NCBI RefSeq assembly: GCF_001194135.2
Contig: NC_069004.1
Span: 15,474,178-15,538,177 of the forward strand
Length of the DNA: 64,000 nucleotides
Direction: 5' to 3'
DNA from: Octopus bimaculoides
Lineage: Eukaryota
The stretch's first letter is position 1. Each line of letters opens with the position of its first letter. Position numbers and translations under genes: made by a program. Below the pieces are notes generated by a model. It did not search any database. It had not been told where the DNA came from and worked only from the letters and a program-made list of their open reading frames with translations. Positions 38,178-50,599 of this stretch are shown here, in pieces.

Positions 38178-39165
38178 TTAAGAGGGATGACCACTAAGTG
38201 GACATCCATTTTGCTAGAAGTAGACCACCTATGGTCTGACCACTAAGANNNNNNNNNNNNNNNNNNNNNNNNNNNNNNNNNNNNNNNNNNNNNNNNNNNN
38301 NNNNNNNNNNNNNNNNNNNNNNNNNNNNNNNNNNNNNNNNNNNNNNNNNNNNNNNNNNNNNNNNNNNNNNNNNNNNNNNNNNNNNNNNNNNNNNNNNNNN
38401 NNNNNNNNNNNNNNNNNNNNNNNNNNNNNNNNNNNNNNNNNNNNNNNNNNNNNNNNNNNNNNNNNNNNNNNNNNNNNNNNNNNNNNNNNNNNNNNNNNNN
38501 NNNNNNNNNNNNNNNNNNNNNNNNNNNNNNNNNNNNNNNNNNNNNNNNNNNNNNNNNNNNNNNNNNNNNNNTATATGTATATAGGTATGCATTATCATCA
38601 TCATACATACATACATTCACACACACATCATCATCATCATTTTACTTCCTTGTTCAGCAATCACTTTAATGAGTGTACACTGGGTGCATTTTATTGTGGT
38701 ACCACCTCCTGAAAGGTGACATTGTATCCCACAGCACTAAACAGTCTTCACTCTATGAATGTCCATCACTTTTACCATTGTCCATTAGTCTTTCTTTCTT
38801 CTTCTCTACCGACGCTCTCCCCCCTCTCTCCAACCCAATTACTCTGCTTCTGTCATACCCTCTTGCAACCTTCACCCATTCATTACGATTCTTAGTCTCT
38901 CAACTCTTTCCCTTCTAATCATCTTCTTGGACATGTTGCTAGGTAACATGTCTAAGAAGGTAAATATAGAAGCAGAGCAATTGAGAGAGGTTGGTGGAGA
39001 CGGAGAGAGTAATGGATAGAAATATAGGTGGGCAAGGCAGAAGTGAAGGCTGGACAGTCAATAACAAGTGGGTTAATATACATAGCATATACATACATAT
39101 ATATTTACATACATACACATACATATATATGTATGTTTGCATATATTTATGTATGTGTGCGTATG

Positions 39166-39205
<40 letters not shown>

Positions 39206-39726
39206 GCATTCATAAAAACATACGAATGTACATACATATATGTATATATGTATATATATCATCATCATTAAACATCCATTGTTCATGCTGGTGTGAATGA
39301 GATGGTTTGACCAGGGTTGGTAAGCTGAGGGGCTGCACCAGACTCCGGTCTGATTTGGCATGGTTTCTATGGCTGGATGCCCTTCCTAATGCCAACCACT
39401 CCAAGAGTCAAATAGGTGCTTTTACATTCCACCAGTAAGGATGCCAGTTGCATGCCACCAGTATCTGCCACAACTATGATTTCACTTGGCTTGAAGGGTC
39501 CTCTTCTGAAGCCCAGCATATCACCAAATGACTCAGTCATTTGTCATTGCCTCCATGAGACCCAATGCTCAAAAGGTGCTTTTTACATGCCACCAGCCTG
39601 GGTACTAGTTACATGACATGGGTATCGGTCACAAAGTATATATTATATCCATTCATAAATGCATACAAACATACATATATATATATATATATGTGTGTAT
39701 ATACACATGTACACACACACACACAT

Positions 39727-39760
<34 letters not shown>

Positions 39761-40723
39761 NNNNNNNNNNNNNNNNNNNNNNNNNNNNNNNNNNNNNNNN
39801 NNNNNNNNNNNNNNNNNNNNNNNNNNNNNNNNNNNNNNNNNNNNNNNNNNNNNNNNNNNNNNNNNNNNNNNNNNNNNNNNNNNNNNNNNNNNNNNNNNNN
39901 NNNNNNNNNNNNNNNNNNNNNNNNNNNNNNNNNNNNNNNNNNNNNNNNNNNNNNNNNNNNNNNNNNNNNNNNNNNNNNNNNNNNNNNNNNNNNNNNNNNN
40001 NNNNNNNNNNNNNNNNNNNNNNNNNNNNNNNNNNNNNNNNNNNNNNNNNNNNNNNNNNNNNNNNNNNNNNNNNNNNNNNNNNNNNNNNNNNNNNNNNNNN
40101 NNNNNNNNNNNNNNNNNNNNNNNNNNNNNNNNNNNNNNNNNNNNNNNNNNNNNNNNNNNNNNNNNNNNNNNNNNNNNNNNNNNNNNNNNNNNNNNNNNNN
40201 NNNNNNNNNNNNNNNNNNNNNNNNNNNNNNNNNNNNNNNNNNNNNNNNNNNNNNNNNNNNNNNNNNNNNNNNNNNNNNNNNNNNNNNNNNNNNNNNNNNN
40301 NNNNNNNNNNNNNNNNNNNNNNNNNNNNNNNNNNNNNNNNNNNNNNNNNNNNNNNNNNNNNNNNNNNNNNNNNNNNNNNNNNNNNNNNNNNNNNNNNNNN
40401 NNNNNNNNNNNNNNNNNNNNNNNNNNNNNNNNNNNNNNNNNNNNNNNNNNNNNNNNNNNNNNNNNNNNNNNNNNNNNNNNNNNNNNNNNNNNNNNTATAT
40501 ACACATGCATAAGTTGTCTAAAAGTCCATAAGTCAGGGAAAAATGCACTCATATATATCTGTCAATAGAGTGGGGGTATATTATCCAAAGTGTAGAGTAT
40601 TACACAGCCAATCTTACCAATCGGTTTTACACTTGGGATATAGTGAAGTGTGAGGTAACAATCTGATTATATAACCCTACGCTCATCAGAGATAGCCAAT
40701 ATGCAATGAAATATGGCGACTGT

Positions 40724-40764
<41 letters not shown>

Positions 40765-41789
40765 ATATGTATATATATATATATACTCTTTTACTCTTTT
40801 ACTTGTTTCAGTCATTTGACTGTGGCCATGCTGGAGCACCGCCTTTAGTCGAGCATATCGACCCCGGGACTTATTCTTTGTAAGCCTAGTACTTATTCTA
40901 TCGGTCTCTTTTGCCGAACTGCTAAGTTACGGGGACATAAACACACCAGCATCGGTTGTCAAGCAATGCTAGGGGGACAAACGCAGATACAAAAGCACAC
41001 ACACACATATATATATATATATAAACATATATACGACGGGCTTCTTTCAGTTTCCGTCTACAAAATCCACTCACAAGGCTTTGGTCGGACCGAGGCTATA
41101 GTAGAAGACACTTGTCCAAGATGCCACGCAGTGGGACTGAACCCGGAACCATGTGGTTGGTAAGCAAGCTGGTGTGTGTGTGTGTGAGCATGATTGTATA
41201 AGTTGTACTCTCTTTTTCCCCGCCCTCACTTCTGTTGTGGGCTCAGTCCTTTATACAATCTATATTTTTTTTTCAATCCTCTCAATGACCTTCCCATTTC
41301 TCTTTATTTCACATTTTTCTACTAACAGGTTTCTGTTTTCATTCCACCACAGTCTTAAACATCATCATCATCATCATCATCATCACCATCATCATCATTA
41401 TATTCAACAATAATCTCAGACCTAATTGCATTAATCTCTATCTAACATATACATACTGTTTATGTTATTTAGATGTCTCGGCATACCATTGATAATCTTG
41501 GATTACATCAATCTCTAATTAAGCTACTTAACACCTTTCTAACCTGTCTAGATTTCATTTAATTCCTAACTTAGCTTCAGATCAGTTCAGATCCTTAACT
41601 TTCAAGTGTTTTGAATTCCAACAACATATTTCTCATCCAATCAACTCGTTATTAGCATCAGATTTAAGATCTGGGGAACGACAGTCATTAACATCAAATA
41701 AAATTATTTACATCATATAGTTACAGCAGACCTTTATGTTCCAAGTTCAAACCCTGCCAAAGTCAGTTTTGTCTTAGACCCCAATCGTC

Positions 41790-42080
41790 TGGGATGCCAC
41801 ATGCTATGACACCTCCAGTGGCAACTTGGTGTGTTCAGCTACCAGCCCAGGCTCCATTGCTCCTGAGGCTGAGAGTAACACACTGTCAAAGTATCAGTCG
41901 CTCTCTGACCAATCTAAGATTGAGCTTGTGGCAGTGGGGGCCTCCAGCATTCTCAGTCCCCTGACCATATCCCCTTCACTGCTCTCAGAGTGGAGATGAC
42001 GATCTGCAAGTGCAAGCCCTGTGGGTCTCAGTAGCTGTTCCAGTACATCTCTCTCGCTATCCTTGCTATTCCATCTTTGT
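41790..42080 (+). mobile_element. C-terminal fragment of a restriction-like-endonuclease (CRE-like) LINE
   Basis: WDATCYDT...PGSIAPEAE...KYQSLSD...IELVAV resembles the WDATCxDT/AE-K-KY/PxAVET motifs. Not in the ORF track because it has no Met. Confidence 0.55.
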
Positions 42081-42329
42081 CTGCTGGGACCATGAGGTCT
42101 GAATTACAAGAAATCCAGAGAATGTAGGAATTTCTTAACTTACTAAATGAACAATAAACTTAGGATTTTCTTATTGTCAGAAAAATAAAAAGGCATATGG
42201 TTCTAGGTTCAATCCCACTGCATGGCACCTTGAGTAAGTGTCTTCTACCTTAGCTTTGGGCCAACCAAAAACTTGTGAGTGGATTTGGTAAACAGAAACT
42301 GAAAGAAGTCCATCAAATATATAAATATA

Positions 42330-42744
42330 TTGTGTCATTCCATAAATAATGTGGTTTTTTTATACTTCTTTTATTTTTCAAAATTAAGATAAACAGAGTT
42401 ATTTTTAAATCTAAAATATACTCTCCTTCATTGACACTGGCTTACGCTTATTGTCCAATCCCCATATACTGCATTAATATTCCTTGCACTTTCCATTGCG
42501 TTGTTGCCTTTATTGAACTCATAAAGCAAAATATGCCGAATATGCTCCTTTGTCACTTCCATTATAGCTTTGTAAAAATAACTGTTAAAATCGAACTGCA
42601 CTCTTCAAAACTTGCACTAAGAATAATTACAAGGTAAAATTACTACCTGCTTTTATAGCAAGTTGATGCAGGTGGTTTATCCCATCCCCCTCCAACTTTT
42701 AGTTCATGCAGTTGAAAAACCACATTATTTATAGGGTTACCCAA
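42330..42744 (-). mobile_element. Internally deleted mariner (MITE-like) inserted in a SINE
   Basis: About 30-bp TIRs (ttgtgtcattccataaataatgtggttttt / aaaaaccacattatttatagggttacccaa) with TA on both sides. The minus strand reads MEVTKEHIRHILLYEFNKGNNAMESARNINAVYG, a mariner N-terminus, fused to the extreme C-terminus. Confidence 0.9.
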
Positions 42745-43879
42745 TATGTATATAAATGTATATATTTGCGTCTGTGTCTGCATTTGTCCCCCCACCATTG
42801 CTTGACCACTAATGTTGGTGTATTTACGTCCCCTGTAACTTAGTGGTTTGGCAAAAGAGACTGATAAAATAAGTAGTAGGTTTACAAAGAATAAGTCCTG
42901 GGATTAATTTCTTCGACTAAACACCCTTAAGGTGGTGCTCCAGCATAGCCACAGTCAAATGACTGAAACAAGTAAAAGAATAAGAGAATAAACACTCCAT
43001 CCTTTGGTGTAGATGAAATAAAATACAAGTCAAATACTGGGTTAAATTAAATTCTCTATATTCTCCCCCAAAACATGTGGCCTTTGTGCTTATTTTAGAA
43101 ACAGTGTTAGTATGAAATCTGAGCAGAACTTAAATTTGTTGTCAGCCAAGTTGTTAGAGTGTTATCTAATTAAGTGAAGTGTTGATATCTTAATGAGTAA
43201 AGTCTACTCAGATATAAACGTATGCGACAAAGAGGGACAATTCATTATTTCTAACACAAGTAAGACCTGTGTCTCTTTGAATAAGTATCATACTGGCTTG
43301 CAGTATAAGGTCTAAATATATACAAGTTGAGGTAGGTGTCTAGTTTGATCTGGGATTCTATTCAGGGAAAGACATCTTATTTTTTAAATACAAAATATTG
43401 CTTAATATGATATGAAACTTTCCACAGACATCTGAAACACTTAAGATAGTGAAAGGTAATGTCTGATATTATTTATCATTTACAAAGTTACGGGAGCAGC
43501 TAGCTTGCAGAATTGGTAGAGTATCAGACAAAAGGCCTTGTGGTATTCCAGTCCATTTTGAGTTCAAATCCTGCTGAGATCAATTTTACCTTTCATCCCT
43601 CAGGGGTTGTCATTGATATTGACTGACTCTATTACCACCATCACCTGCTCCAAAATTGCTGGCCTTATACCTAAATTAAAGACAAATTATTTTAAAGTTA
43701 TTACAAAAATAAATATTGAGAGATCTAGTTTTAAAAAATGGTTGAAATTCATTGATAGAACTATTAGAACTATTACAGAACTTGAACTGCTTGGAATAAT
43801 TTGATTAGTTCTTTATCTAGGTTTAATTGTAGATCTAAACTGACATCTTTTCTTGAATTAATAATGGTGGATTTTGAAT

Positions 43880-43905
43880 TAACTTTTTAAAATTTCTTTC
43901 TTCAG
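43880..43905 (+). promoter_or_regulatory. 3' splice acceptor 44 nt upstream of the GPCR ATG, implying an upstream non-coding exon
   Basis: aactttttaaaatttctttcttcag|atctg: a strong pyrimidine tract plus CAG. Confidence 0.6.
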
Positions 43906-43949
43906 ATCTGTTCTGGTGACGTCCACATCCACACCAATCTCTGATAACC

Positions 43950-44346
43950 ATGGACCAGTTTTCAGAGTTTATTGCATACAAAAAACTACTTCAGAGGAAA
44001 AATTTTTCCCTATGGATGCAATCTGCTGCTTATAATTTCACAGGAGCTCACAATATCCTCCAAGAATTTACCGAGACTTTCTATTTATTCAATAATTTTC
44101 AAGACTTTGTTCTTGTTATGTTGTACATTCCTATTTTCGCAACAGCCCTCAGTGGCAACATCCTCATCATAATGTCAGTATTAAAAGATGTGTCGTGGTG
44201 CAAAGCAAGGAATTTCTTTCTGTTCAACCTATCTGTAGCTGATCTTTGTGTCACTTTGATTTGTATGCCAATGGCTGTGGGCATGCTTATCTACCGTCTT
44301 TGGATTTATGGAGAGTTTCTTTGTAAAGTTACTGCTTTTATGCAAG
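43950..44346 (+). CDS. Class A (rhodopsin-like) peptide GPCR, first coding exon: N-terminus, TM1, TM2 and start of TM3
   Basis: ACCATGG start, with an in-frame TGA at 43917-43919 upstream. Sequons N18 (NFS) and N29 (NFT). Motifs: TM1 GN, TM2 NLSVADL (D2.50), ECL1 WIYGEFLCK. Donor CAAG|gtaagc, phase 1. Confidence 0.93.
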
Positions 44347-45404
44347 GTAAGCATTAAACTTTCTGTTCGTGTGTTTTGCTTTAACATTTAATTCTTCAGA
44401 AGTTGCTTCAGTTACCTCAGCTTGTGTGAAATAAATCTTTCCAGTTCCTACGTTCACTCTCTGTTTCTTTGAATACAGCTGTTGGTACTACAAATGACAA
44501 AATGTCAATAGAGTTTGGAGATAATTGTTCTTGGGTTGATGTGTTTGAAGCAGATGTCAAAAATATGGCTGCTGGTCATTGTGTTGTGGTCACCAGTTAT
44601 TCATTGGTTTGGCATTGTCAGCTGCTACTCTGCTACTGTCTTCTGTGTTTGGTCTGATGTCTCCTCTTCACTGTTTCACATACTAAATGCTAAGCTGCCT
44701 CTCAATGCTCCCTGTGATGCATTCCATAGCTCTCTGTCAAGTAGTCATAGTGTGTCAAATTTATACTGATTGATAGGCTGAGAAGGAAGCACGCCAGAAA
44801 ATGAGATCATCATTGGATGCTATTCCATGCAAAGTCATGATTGGTCAGATTTTGTTAATCATGTTTCTAGCAAATTGCAACATCAGGTGATTGCTGAATA
44901 TTCCTGCTACACAGCTAAAATAACGTTTTCTTGTTGATTGTTTTTTTTGTTCTTTTTTTTTTGTTCGTTTATTAAAGACTTATTCAACTGAAGAAGGCCA
45001 GGGACTGTGACATTTTGTGGGTTCTCTATGATAAATGAAACAAAAGCAAAAAGTCATTCTCAGACCAGAAACTTCACCCAGGGATTTTAACTGAGCTAAC
45101 TCCACTAGGGGCATCAAAGGGGCCAGGTATGGGGTGGGGGTTACATTGGAAGGATGTTTAAGTTTACATGCACACTAGTATCAGTGGTCTTACCGTTGGG
45201 CTTCCGTACACTTTCTGTCAACCAAATTTCACTCACAAACTTTCCTCAACATAAGGCTAAGAGTAAATGACACTTACCCAACGTACTATGCAGTCGGATT
45301 GAACACAAAACCACCTAGTTGCAAAGCAAACTTAACCTCACAGCCATGCCTGTACCTATTCATTTATTTATTTGTATGGTGGTTTTCAACTCTCTGCTCA
45401 CACA

Positions 45405-45900
45405 CACACATAAACACACACTCACATTCATGCACACACACACATTCACACACATATACACGCATGCACACACACATACACACATATGCAAACACACACA
45501 CACACTGGCACACATGCACACACGCTCACATGCATGCACATACATGCATGCACACACACACACTAAAAAATACTCACACCCACTCACACACATGCACACG
45601 CACACACACACACACTTGCATACACACTCACACACACATGCATGCACACACATGCATGCACACATACATACATACACATGCACACACACACACACACACA
45701 CTTAAACACAGTCACACACTCGCAATATGCACACACACACTTATGCGCACACATACACATACTCACAAAAATACTCACATCCACACACACATACACACAC
45801 ACACTCACACACCCACACACACACTTGCATACACACTCACACACACACACTTGCATGGACACGCACACACTCACACACACACCACCACCTCCACCACCAC
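45405..45900. repeat. About 500-bp degenerate (CA)n/(CATG) tract in the GPCR intron
   Basis: Near-continuous purine-pyrimidine alternation; it is the source of the His/Thr-rich spurious ORFs. Confidence 0.9.
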
Positions 45901-46205
45901 ATTGCCATGTCTATGTCCACCTCACCTAAATCCACTTCATTCAGGTCCCTCCTCTTACTCTACCTCACAGACAGACATTGTTTTCAAGAATTTCTTCATC
46001 TAATGCAGTGTCTGGGTGTAAGTGATTCTTTTATTGTGATGCTTCATTAACTTTCTTTAAGGAGTACATGGTTACCTGGTCAAGGTAATAAACTTTGATT
46101 TGCAAACCACAATGGAGACACTCAAAGATTTGTGACAATCAATAATAAATGAATACTGTCTTATGATGTGTTGACTAAAATTATCTCTGAAACAACCAAT
46201 AAATT

Positions 46206-46237
<32 letters not shown>

Positions 46238-48016
46238 TGTTTAACGTCTGTTTTCCATGCTGGCATGGGTTGGACAGTTTGACTGAGGACTGGCAAGCCA
46301 GAAGGCTGCACCAGCCTCCATTCTGATCTGGCAAGGTTTCTACAGCTGGATGCCCTTCCTAATGCCAACCACTCCAAGAGTGTAGTGGGTGCTTTTTATG
46401 TGCCACTAGCATGGGAGTCAGTCAGCTGGCACTGGCATTGACCATGTTTGGATGGTGCTTTTTATATGCCACCGGTATAGGAGCTAATCAGGGGGGCACT
46501 GGCTTCAACCACATTTGGAAGGTGATTTTTATGTGCCACCTGCACGGGAGCCATTCAGGGGGCACTGACATCAACCACNNNNNNNNNNNNNNNNNNNNNN
46601 NNNNNNNNNNNNNNNNNNNNNNNNNNNNNNNNNNNNNNNNNNNNNNNNNNNNNNNNNNNNNNNNNNNNNNNNNNNNNNNNNNNNNNNNNNNNNNNNNNNN
46701 NNNNNNNNNNNNNNNNNNNNNNNNNNNNNNNNNNNNNNNNNNNNNNNNNNNNNNNNNNNNNNNNNNNNNNNNNNNNNNNNNNNNNNNNNNNNNNNNNNNN
46801 NNNNNNNNNNNNNNNNNNNNNNNNNNNNNNNNNNNNNNNNNNNNNNNNNNNNNNNNNNNNNNNNNNNNNNNNNNNNNNNNNNNNNNNNNNNNNNNNNNNN
46901 NNNNNNNNNNNNNNNNNNNNNNNNNNNNNNNNNNNNNNNNNNNNNNNNNNNNNNNNNNNNNNNNNNNNNNNNNNNNNNNNNNNNNNNNNNNNNNNNNNNN
47001 NNNNNNNNNNNNNNNNNNNNNNNNNNNNNNNNNNNNNNNNNNNNNNNNNNNNNNNNNNNNNNNNNNNNNNNNNNNNNNNNNNNNNNNNNNNNNNNNNNNN
47101 NNNNNNNNNNNNNNNNNNNNNNNNNNNNNNNNNNNNNNNNNNNNNNNNNNNNNNNNNNNNNNNNNNNNNNNNNNNNNNNNNNNNNNNNNNNNNNNNNNNN
47201 NNNNNNNNNNNNNNNNNNNNNNNNNNNNNNGATAGATATAGATATATATATATTTGAAAAAGGATAAACAATGACTTCACTGGTAGTTCTAATCAACTTA
47301 ATTTTCTAATAATATAGTATAATTTTACAGTTTGGTTTGTAGATCTAGTAAGTTCTTTGTTAACTTCGGTGGGGAGATTTTTTAAAGATTCCTTGTTAAC
47401 TTTTCTGGAGAACTTTTTCGCATTCATTGGTGGCAGTTGTCAAACTCATCTCAGGTTGTATTGTGCTGTGTGATTCTATATATAAGAGATTTGGATATGT
47501 CTGGGGTGGGTCTGGGGTTTGTTAAAAAGTGTTGGAGTGAAGAAGTGTTGATGAACAAGAGCTGAAAGAAAACAGCGAAAGATAAAAACAAGATAATTGA
47601 TTGAGGGTTGAGTTGGGAGGTGGTAGGATGTTTATGGAGTGTTTTATGAAGGGCTTGTGAAAGTGTCCTTCTGTTGGTTCCATTTGAATAGTTGACCTTT
47701 GGTGAAAAATCTAATGGTCGGATGTTTTTCAAATTTCATAAAGAGAAGCTTCAGTAATTTTCTATATTAAAGATGAGTTTAGGTCTGTGTCTGGGGGGAG
47801 GGGTGTTGATGAGATGTAAAATGCATGTCTTTTGATAAAAAGAGGGTGATAGCAGAGAGAAAATATATATTTAAGGTTAGTTTTGGAATATTTGTGGATA
47901 GAAATGTATTTTTTTATATTGGATTGGGAAGGGAGGTGGGGGGAGGAGATCATGCTAGCTCACATATTTACTTTCCTACATATAAACAAGCAAAAAAGTA
48001 TACACACATTTATACA

Positions 48017-48310
48017 TGCAAAACTGACCTATTTTACAAACCAACAGGTACACACCAATACTTAAATTTCCAATCAGCGCACAACCTCACATACCAAAAG
48101 GAGCATCCCTTTACTATGACACAACACATCTGCACCATAGTAACACACACCAGACTACAGAAAAAAAAGATTATATGAACTAAAAGGGTTCCTTGAATAT
48201 CTGGTGAACCTCATCAATATGGCCAAAATGTAACCGCATGTGTATCGTTGGCGATTTTCTCCCTCCGTCTTCCCTTCCTTTGGACTTTCCTCTATTTCTG
48301 AAGAAGAAAA
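48017..48310 (+). mobile_element. Penelope-like RT fragment joined to the element's 3' terminal repeat
   Basis: KTDLFYKPTGTHQYLNFQSAH...ICTIV is the Penelope RT thumb motif. It is followed by ccctccgtcttcccttcctttggactttcctctatttCTGAAGAAGA, homologous to 19395-19455. Confidence 0.75.
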
Positions 48311-48908
48311 GGCTTGACATGTTGTTTATATGTGGGGAAGTAAATAAGTGAGCTAGCAAGATCTTTCCCAACCTCCCCTCCCAAACCAAGATAAAAAAAT
48401 ACATTTCATAAACATTCCAAAACTAACTTTATATTTTTTTTCTCTCTGCTATCACCGTCTTTTTATTAAAAGACATGTATCTTACACTTCGTTAACACCC
48501 TTCCCTCTTAGACACACACCTAAACTCATCTTTAATATAGAAAATTACCAAAGCTTCTCTTTATGAAATTGAGATAGTTAATTCAGCCATAAGAGAATTT
48601 GAAAAACATCCGACCATTAGATTTTTCGCCAAAGGTCAACTATTCAAATGGAACCAACAGAAGGACACTTTCACAAGCCCTTCATAAAACACTCCTCAAA
48701 TACCCTACCACCTCCCAACTCCATCCTCAATCAATTATCTTGTTCATCAACACTCCAACACTTATTAACAAACCCCAGCCACACCTCAGACATGCCCAAA
48801 TCTCTTATATATAGAATCACACAGCACAACACAACCTGAGATCAGTTTGACAACTGCCATCGACAAATGCACAAATGCGAGAATGTTCTCCAGAAAAGTT
48901 AACAAGGA

Positions 48909-49075
48909 GGCGCTGGAGTGGCTGTGTGGTAAGTAGCTTGCTTACCAACCACATGGTTCTGGGTTCAGTCCCACTGTGTGGCACCTTGGGCAAGTGTCTT
49001 CTACTATAGCCTCGGGCCGACCAAAGCTTTCTGAGTGGATTTTGTAGACAGAAACTGAAAGAAGCATGTTGTATA

Positions 49076-49129
<54 letters not shown>

Positions 49130-49338
49130 TGTGTGTCTGTGTTCGTCCCTCTAACATCGCTTGACAACTGATGGTGGTGTGTTTACGTTCCTGTAACTTA
49201 GGGGTTTGGCATAAGAGACCGATAGAATAAGTACAAGGCTTACAAAGAATAAGTCCTGGGGTTGATTTGCTCAACTAAAAGCAGTACTCCAGCATGGCCA
49301 CAGTCAAATGACTGAAACAAGTAAAAGAGTAAGAGAGT
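48909..49338 (+). mobile_element. Full-length tRNA-headed SINE with a central microsatellite (family C)
   Basis: A-box tggctgtgtggt, B-box ggttcagtccc, central (TG)/(TA)n, (aaagagt)-like tail, TSD aagga at 48904-48908 and 49339-49343. Other copies: about 8618-9152(-), 9494-9853, 12150-12290, 14985-15125(-), 15790-16012, 22128-22215(-), 33163-33360(-), 34681-35061, 36343-36640, 40786-41170(-), 42195-42990, 45185-45348(-) and 51548-51937(-). Confidence 0.9.
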
Positions 49339-50523
49339 AAGGAATCTTTAAAAAATCTCTCCACCGAAGTTAACAAAGAACTTACTATATCTACAAACCA
49401 AACTGTAAAATTATATTATATTATTAGAAAATTAAATTGATTAGAACTACCAGTAAAGTCATTCTTTTCTTTTGTCAAATATACTTAACTGTACCAAGGA
49501 TATTGCAAATTTATTTTCCAATATATATCATCATCATCGTTTAACGTCCGCTTTCCATGCTAGCATGAGTTGGATGATTTGACTGAGGACTGGCGAACCA
49601 GATGGCTACACCAGGTTCCAATCTGATTTGGCAGCTGGAAGCCCTTCCTAACGCCAACCACTCCGAGAGTGTAGTGGGTGCTTTTACATGCCACCGGCAC
49701 GGAGGCCAGTGAGGCGGTACTGGCAATGGCCACGCTCAAAATGGTGTATTTTATGTGCCACCTNNNNNNNNNNNNNNNNNNNNNNNNNNNNNNNNNNNNN
49801 NNNNNNNNNNNNNNNNNNNNNNNNNNNNNNNNNNNNNNNNNNNNNNNNNNNNNNNNNNNNNNNNNNNNNNNNNNNNNNNNNNNNNNNNNNNNNNNNNNNN
49901 NNNNNNNNNNNNNNNNNNNNNNNNNNNNNNNNNNNNNNNNNNNNNNNNNNNNNNNNNNNNNNNNNNNNNNNNNNNNNNNNNNNNNNNNNNNNNNNNNNNN
50001 NNNNNNNNNNNNNNNNNNNNNNNNNNNNNNNNNNNNNNNNNNNNNNNNNNNNNNNNNNNNNNNNNNNNNNNNNNNNNNNNNNNNNNNNNNNNNNNNNNNN
50101 NNNNNNNNNNNNNNNNNNNNNNNNNNNNNNNNNNNNNNNNNNNNNNNNNNNNNNNNNNNNNNNNNNNNNNNNNNNNNNNNNNNNNNNNNNNNNNNNNNNN
50201 NNNNNNNNNNNNNNNNNNNNNNNNNNNNNNNNNNNNNNNNNNNNNNNNNNNNNNNNNNNNNNNNNNNNNNNNNNNNNNNNNNNNNNNNNNNNNNNNNNNN
50301 NNNNNNNNNNNNNNNNNNNNNNNNNNNNNNNNNNNNNNNNNNNNNNNNNNNNNNNNNNNNNNNNNNNNNNNNNNNNNNNNNNNNNNNNNNNNNNNNNNNN
50401 NNNNNNNNNNNNNNNNNNNNNNNNNNNNNNNNNNNNNNNNNNNNNNNNNNNNNNNNNNNNNNNNNNNNNNNNNNNNNNNNNNNNNNNNNNNNNNNNNNNN
50501 NNNNNNNNNNNNNNNNNNNNNNN

Positions 50524-50599
<76 letters not shown>

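Larger units (their letters stand above)
47249..49483. repeat. Long inverted repeat: arms 47249-47989 and about 48312-49483, the right arm interrupted by a SINE
   Basis: The arms align as reverse complements along their length; for example gagattttttaaagattccttgttaac is mirrored by gttaacaagga...aaggaatctttaaaaaatctc. The ORF track shows the same peptide on both strands. Confidence 0.92.

Noticed and set aside
45299-46050. 234-aa His/Thr-rich ORF
   Set aside because: It is the translation of a degenerate (CA)n tract inside the GPCR intron.
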